Shown piece after piece: positions 60,779 through 64,000 of a stretch of DNA of 64,000 bases. Position 1 is the stretch's first letter. Each line of letters opens with the position of its first letter. Under the pieces are notes generated by a model, which was not told the DNA's origin, did not search any database, and saw nothing but the letters and a program-made list of their open reading frames with translations. The translations under genes and the position numbers were made by a program. Origin of the DNA: the human T2T-CHM13v2.0 reference genome, Homo sapiens; assembly GCF_009914755.1 (NCBI RefSeq), contig NC_060941.1. One strand, written 5' to 3'.

Positions 60779-61078
60779 TAGAGGAGGCAAAAGTCTGTCT
60801 CTATCCTCTTAGTTTTTTTTTTTCTAGGCCTGAGAATTAAATTGTTGTTTGTATAGACTTTCCTCAGTGTCAACTTTCCATTCTTGATAAGAATGTTAGA
60901 AACTTTTAGTGTAGGGAGAACCTCTTTCACCTGGGAAGTGTAACTTACTTACATCTATTTAACTCACTTGTTGTTTCTTTTTAATAATTATGCTTGGATT
61001 TCTCATAAATATGAGACATTAAACAGCTAGACATCATCTTATGTTTTTTTTCTTGCTGATAAATGTTGTAATATAGAA

Positions 61079-61559
<481 letters not shown>

Positions 61560-61972
61560 GTGTAATATAGAGATAACAGAAGCTTATTTCCAGCAAACCT
61601 AATTAAAAAGTTGTGTGTTTGTGTTGTATTTAATGGTGATGACTCTGAAGATAAGCCTGTTATAATAAAACTAACAATATTCTTATTTACCAAAAATTAC
61701 CCAAGTCGAATGAACTTGAAAGCATCTGGGCTAGTTCTTATTTTTCCAAGAGAATACTTAATTTATATAAGCACTTAATTTTCTTTAAGCCAAATAAATA
61801 GGGCTCTTTTACAATTTAATTTTGATGATATCATAAGGAGATAGAAAAATATCACATATATATTATACATACAGACAAACATATAAACAGAAACATATCT
61901 TATAGTTTTCATTCTAAAATTTTAGCCATGTGCCAGTACAAAAAAACAAGCACTTTGAATGCCTGGACTCAG

Positions 61973-62130
61973 CTTCCTTCCTTCCTTCCTTCCTTCCTTC
62001 CTTCCTTCCCTCCTTCCTTCCCTCCTTCCCTTCCTCCCTCCATCTCTCCCTCCCTTTCCTTCCTTTTCTCCCTTCCCTTCCCTTCCTTCCTTCCCTTCCT
62101 TCCTCCCTCCCTCTCTCTCTCTTTCTTTCT

Positions 62131-62187
<57 letters not shown>

Positions 62188-62411
62188 TTTTCTTTCCTTC
62201 CTTCTTTCTTTTTCTCTGCCTCCCTCCCTCCTTCCCTCTCTCCCTCCTCCCTCCCTCCCTCCTTTCTTTCTTTCTCTCTTTTTTCTTCTTTCTTTCTTTC
62301 TCTTTCTGTCTTTTGTCTCTTTCTTTTTCTTTCTTTTGTCTTCTTTCTTTCTTTCTTTTGTCTTCTTTCTTTTATTTCTTCTTTTTCTTTCTTTTGTTCT
62401 TTCTTTCTCTC
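61973..62411. repeat. About 440 bp compound polypyrimidine tract (CTTC)n/(CTTT)n/(CCCT)n
   Basis: Direct reading; sits at the tail position of the adjacent antisense L1 end. Confidence 0.95.
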
Positions 62412-62527
62412 ATTTAGGGGGTACAAGCACAAGTTTCTTACTTAAATGCATATATTGTATAGTGAGGAAGTCTGGACTTCTAGAGTACCCATCATCTGAA
62501 TAGTAAACGTTGTACTCAATAGGTAAG
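62412..62527 (-). mobile_element. Short L1PB/L1MA 3' end
   Basis: ttagggggtacaag..atatattgtatagtg..gtacccatcatctgaatagt..ttgtactcaataggtaa. Confidence 0.8.
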
Positions 62528-63189
62528 AAAGCATGGATACTTCTAATCTTGTTTTATGGTCAGAGATTGGTTCATCCTTTCTATGTTTGTTTGTTTGTTT
62601 TCAAGATTGACTGATGGACCAATTAGTTGTGTATTTTTCTTCAGTAAAGCATTTTAGAGCATAGCAAAGATAATGACAATGGGAAAGAGGTAGACATATT
62701 TGGCAAAGCATATGGTCAGCAGGTATTTAAGAGGAGGGGCTTCAGTTGATTCAGAGGTTTCTATTGAAGAAGCAGAATCAAAATGAGAAAAGACAGAGGA
62801 CTAGTTCATGTATACATTTTAATGATCCAAGTGTCCGATTGAAAGAGGGATCTTTAGAACTTGATTTGAAAAACCTCTCCACAGGAATATTATTTTTTCT
62901 CTCTGAGATATTGGTTGATCATTGTCCCAGGAGTGAAGTCCTTGAGGGAATACCTCTAGTGGGGAAATAGTCCAGGGCAAAGGGAATAGGTACATCATAT
63001 AACTGGTATAAAGGTGGACAATTTATTTTTCAATGGCCTGGTTATTTACAATAAGGACAAACATCTTGGGGCATAGGGTTCATTAGTATAGGATTTCTCT
63101 ATTTCTCTGTTTGGGCTTAAAATATGTATGAGGAGGTCCTCTTGGTCCCTGTAGCTGTTATAACTGTAAAGGTATGTGCCTGCTTGTCC

Positions 63190-63395
63190 TTTATAAGCAT
63201 TATTCCCCACTGTGGCCACTGTAACTCTAAGCTACCTTTGGTAAAGCTCACACATTTCTCCAGGTTCTGGGCCCATAGTTCTTATACATGAAATTAGCTG
63301 GAATTCCAGATAGAGAAGTTCTGGCCCCTTTTATCCAGACCAACCCATGATCCCCTATCTTTAAGTAACATTACTTACCTAATGAACCCAATTCA
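63190..63395 (-). pseudogene. gag: gag N-terminal remnant
   Basis: Minus-strand GIPANFMYKNYGP and TKGSLELQWPQWG resemble the ERV1 matrix region. Confidence 0.6.
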
Positions 63396-63666
63396 GTTTC
63401 TCTCTCACCTAGTTGGAAACCTGAGGCCTTGCTACAGAACCCGGTTCTGTTTCTATGGCAACTTTCAAACATAGTCTACACTTAAAATGCTCAAATAAAT
63501 TCTTTTGAAAGAGGTCAAAGCCTAGGTTTGTGGAACTCCAACTGGAGAGATAGACAACTCTTCCATGACCCCAGTTGCTGAGAGAAATCAGTGGTCACAA
63601 TGGGCCCTGTGAACACCTTTGCTTGGTCACTCTGTGCTCCTGGAGTTTGCTGGAGGTCTACTTCCA

Positions 63667-63686
63667 GTCCCACTTCTAATGACCAA
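63667..63686 (-). other. Degenerate primer-binding site, tRNA-Leu-like
   Basis: tggtcattagaagtgggact just inside the 5' LTR, compared with the tRNA-Leu complement tggtgtcagaagtgggat. Confidence 0.7.
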
Positions 63687-64000
63687 CTGTTAAAGGAAAA
63701 ACTGTAGACAAATTAAATTCAAGACAGTTTATTCAAGCAAAGAACAATTTATGAATTGGGCAGCACTCAGAACCAGTAGAGGTTCAGAGAGCTCCACCTG
63801 GCAGTACAGCCTACCAGTGAGCAGGCAATATTTGTAGAGAGAAAAAGGAAGTGTCATACAGAAACAGCTTGATTGCTTTGTTACAGCTTATGCTATACCT
63901 TATTTCGACATGGTGTGATAAAGTATTTGCCTTATGTAAATATGAGCTGATCAGTTGGCAGTCTGTGATTGGCTGAGACTCAGCAACTTGTTATAAGAAT

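Noticed and set aside
61914-62503. The longest ORFs in the track (150-190 aa)
   Set aside because: Translations of the polypyrimidine/polypurine simple repeat, which lacks stop codons.

Overview
Primate (human or close ape) genomic DNA with no recognisable protein-coding exon, RNA gene or CpG island. The long ORFs in the track come from Alu, L1, LTR or simple-repeat sequence. Roughly two thirds of the window is interspersed repeat: about 36 Alu/FAM copies (about 30 on the minus strand, many with readable TSDs), MIR and L2 relics, L1M/L1PB fragments and one rearranged L1MA-like copy, hAT DNA transposons (MER30, Charlie1a, MER5A, MER5C1, MER119), solo MaLR/ERVL LTRs, a two-LTR THE1D-like MaLR element (47.7-50.0 kb), and a decayed MER57/MER93-group ERV1 provirus on the minus strand (55.5 kb to the window end) with PBS, PPT and gag/pol/env remnants. 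Most notable: (1) an AluY with an apparent ~140 nt 3' transduction whose sequence fits Pol III read-through followed by AATAAA-linked polyadenylation; (2) a ~490 bp tandem duplication of an Alu plus its unique flank; (3) self-templated insertions inside one L1; (4) a compact GAS + ISRE + kB-like cluster in unique DNA; (5) several homeobox-motif-rich unique blocks that look like enhancers. Subfamily names are from recalled consensus sequences, and boundaries of old elements are approximate.
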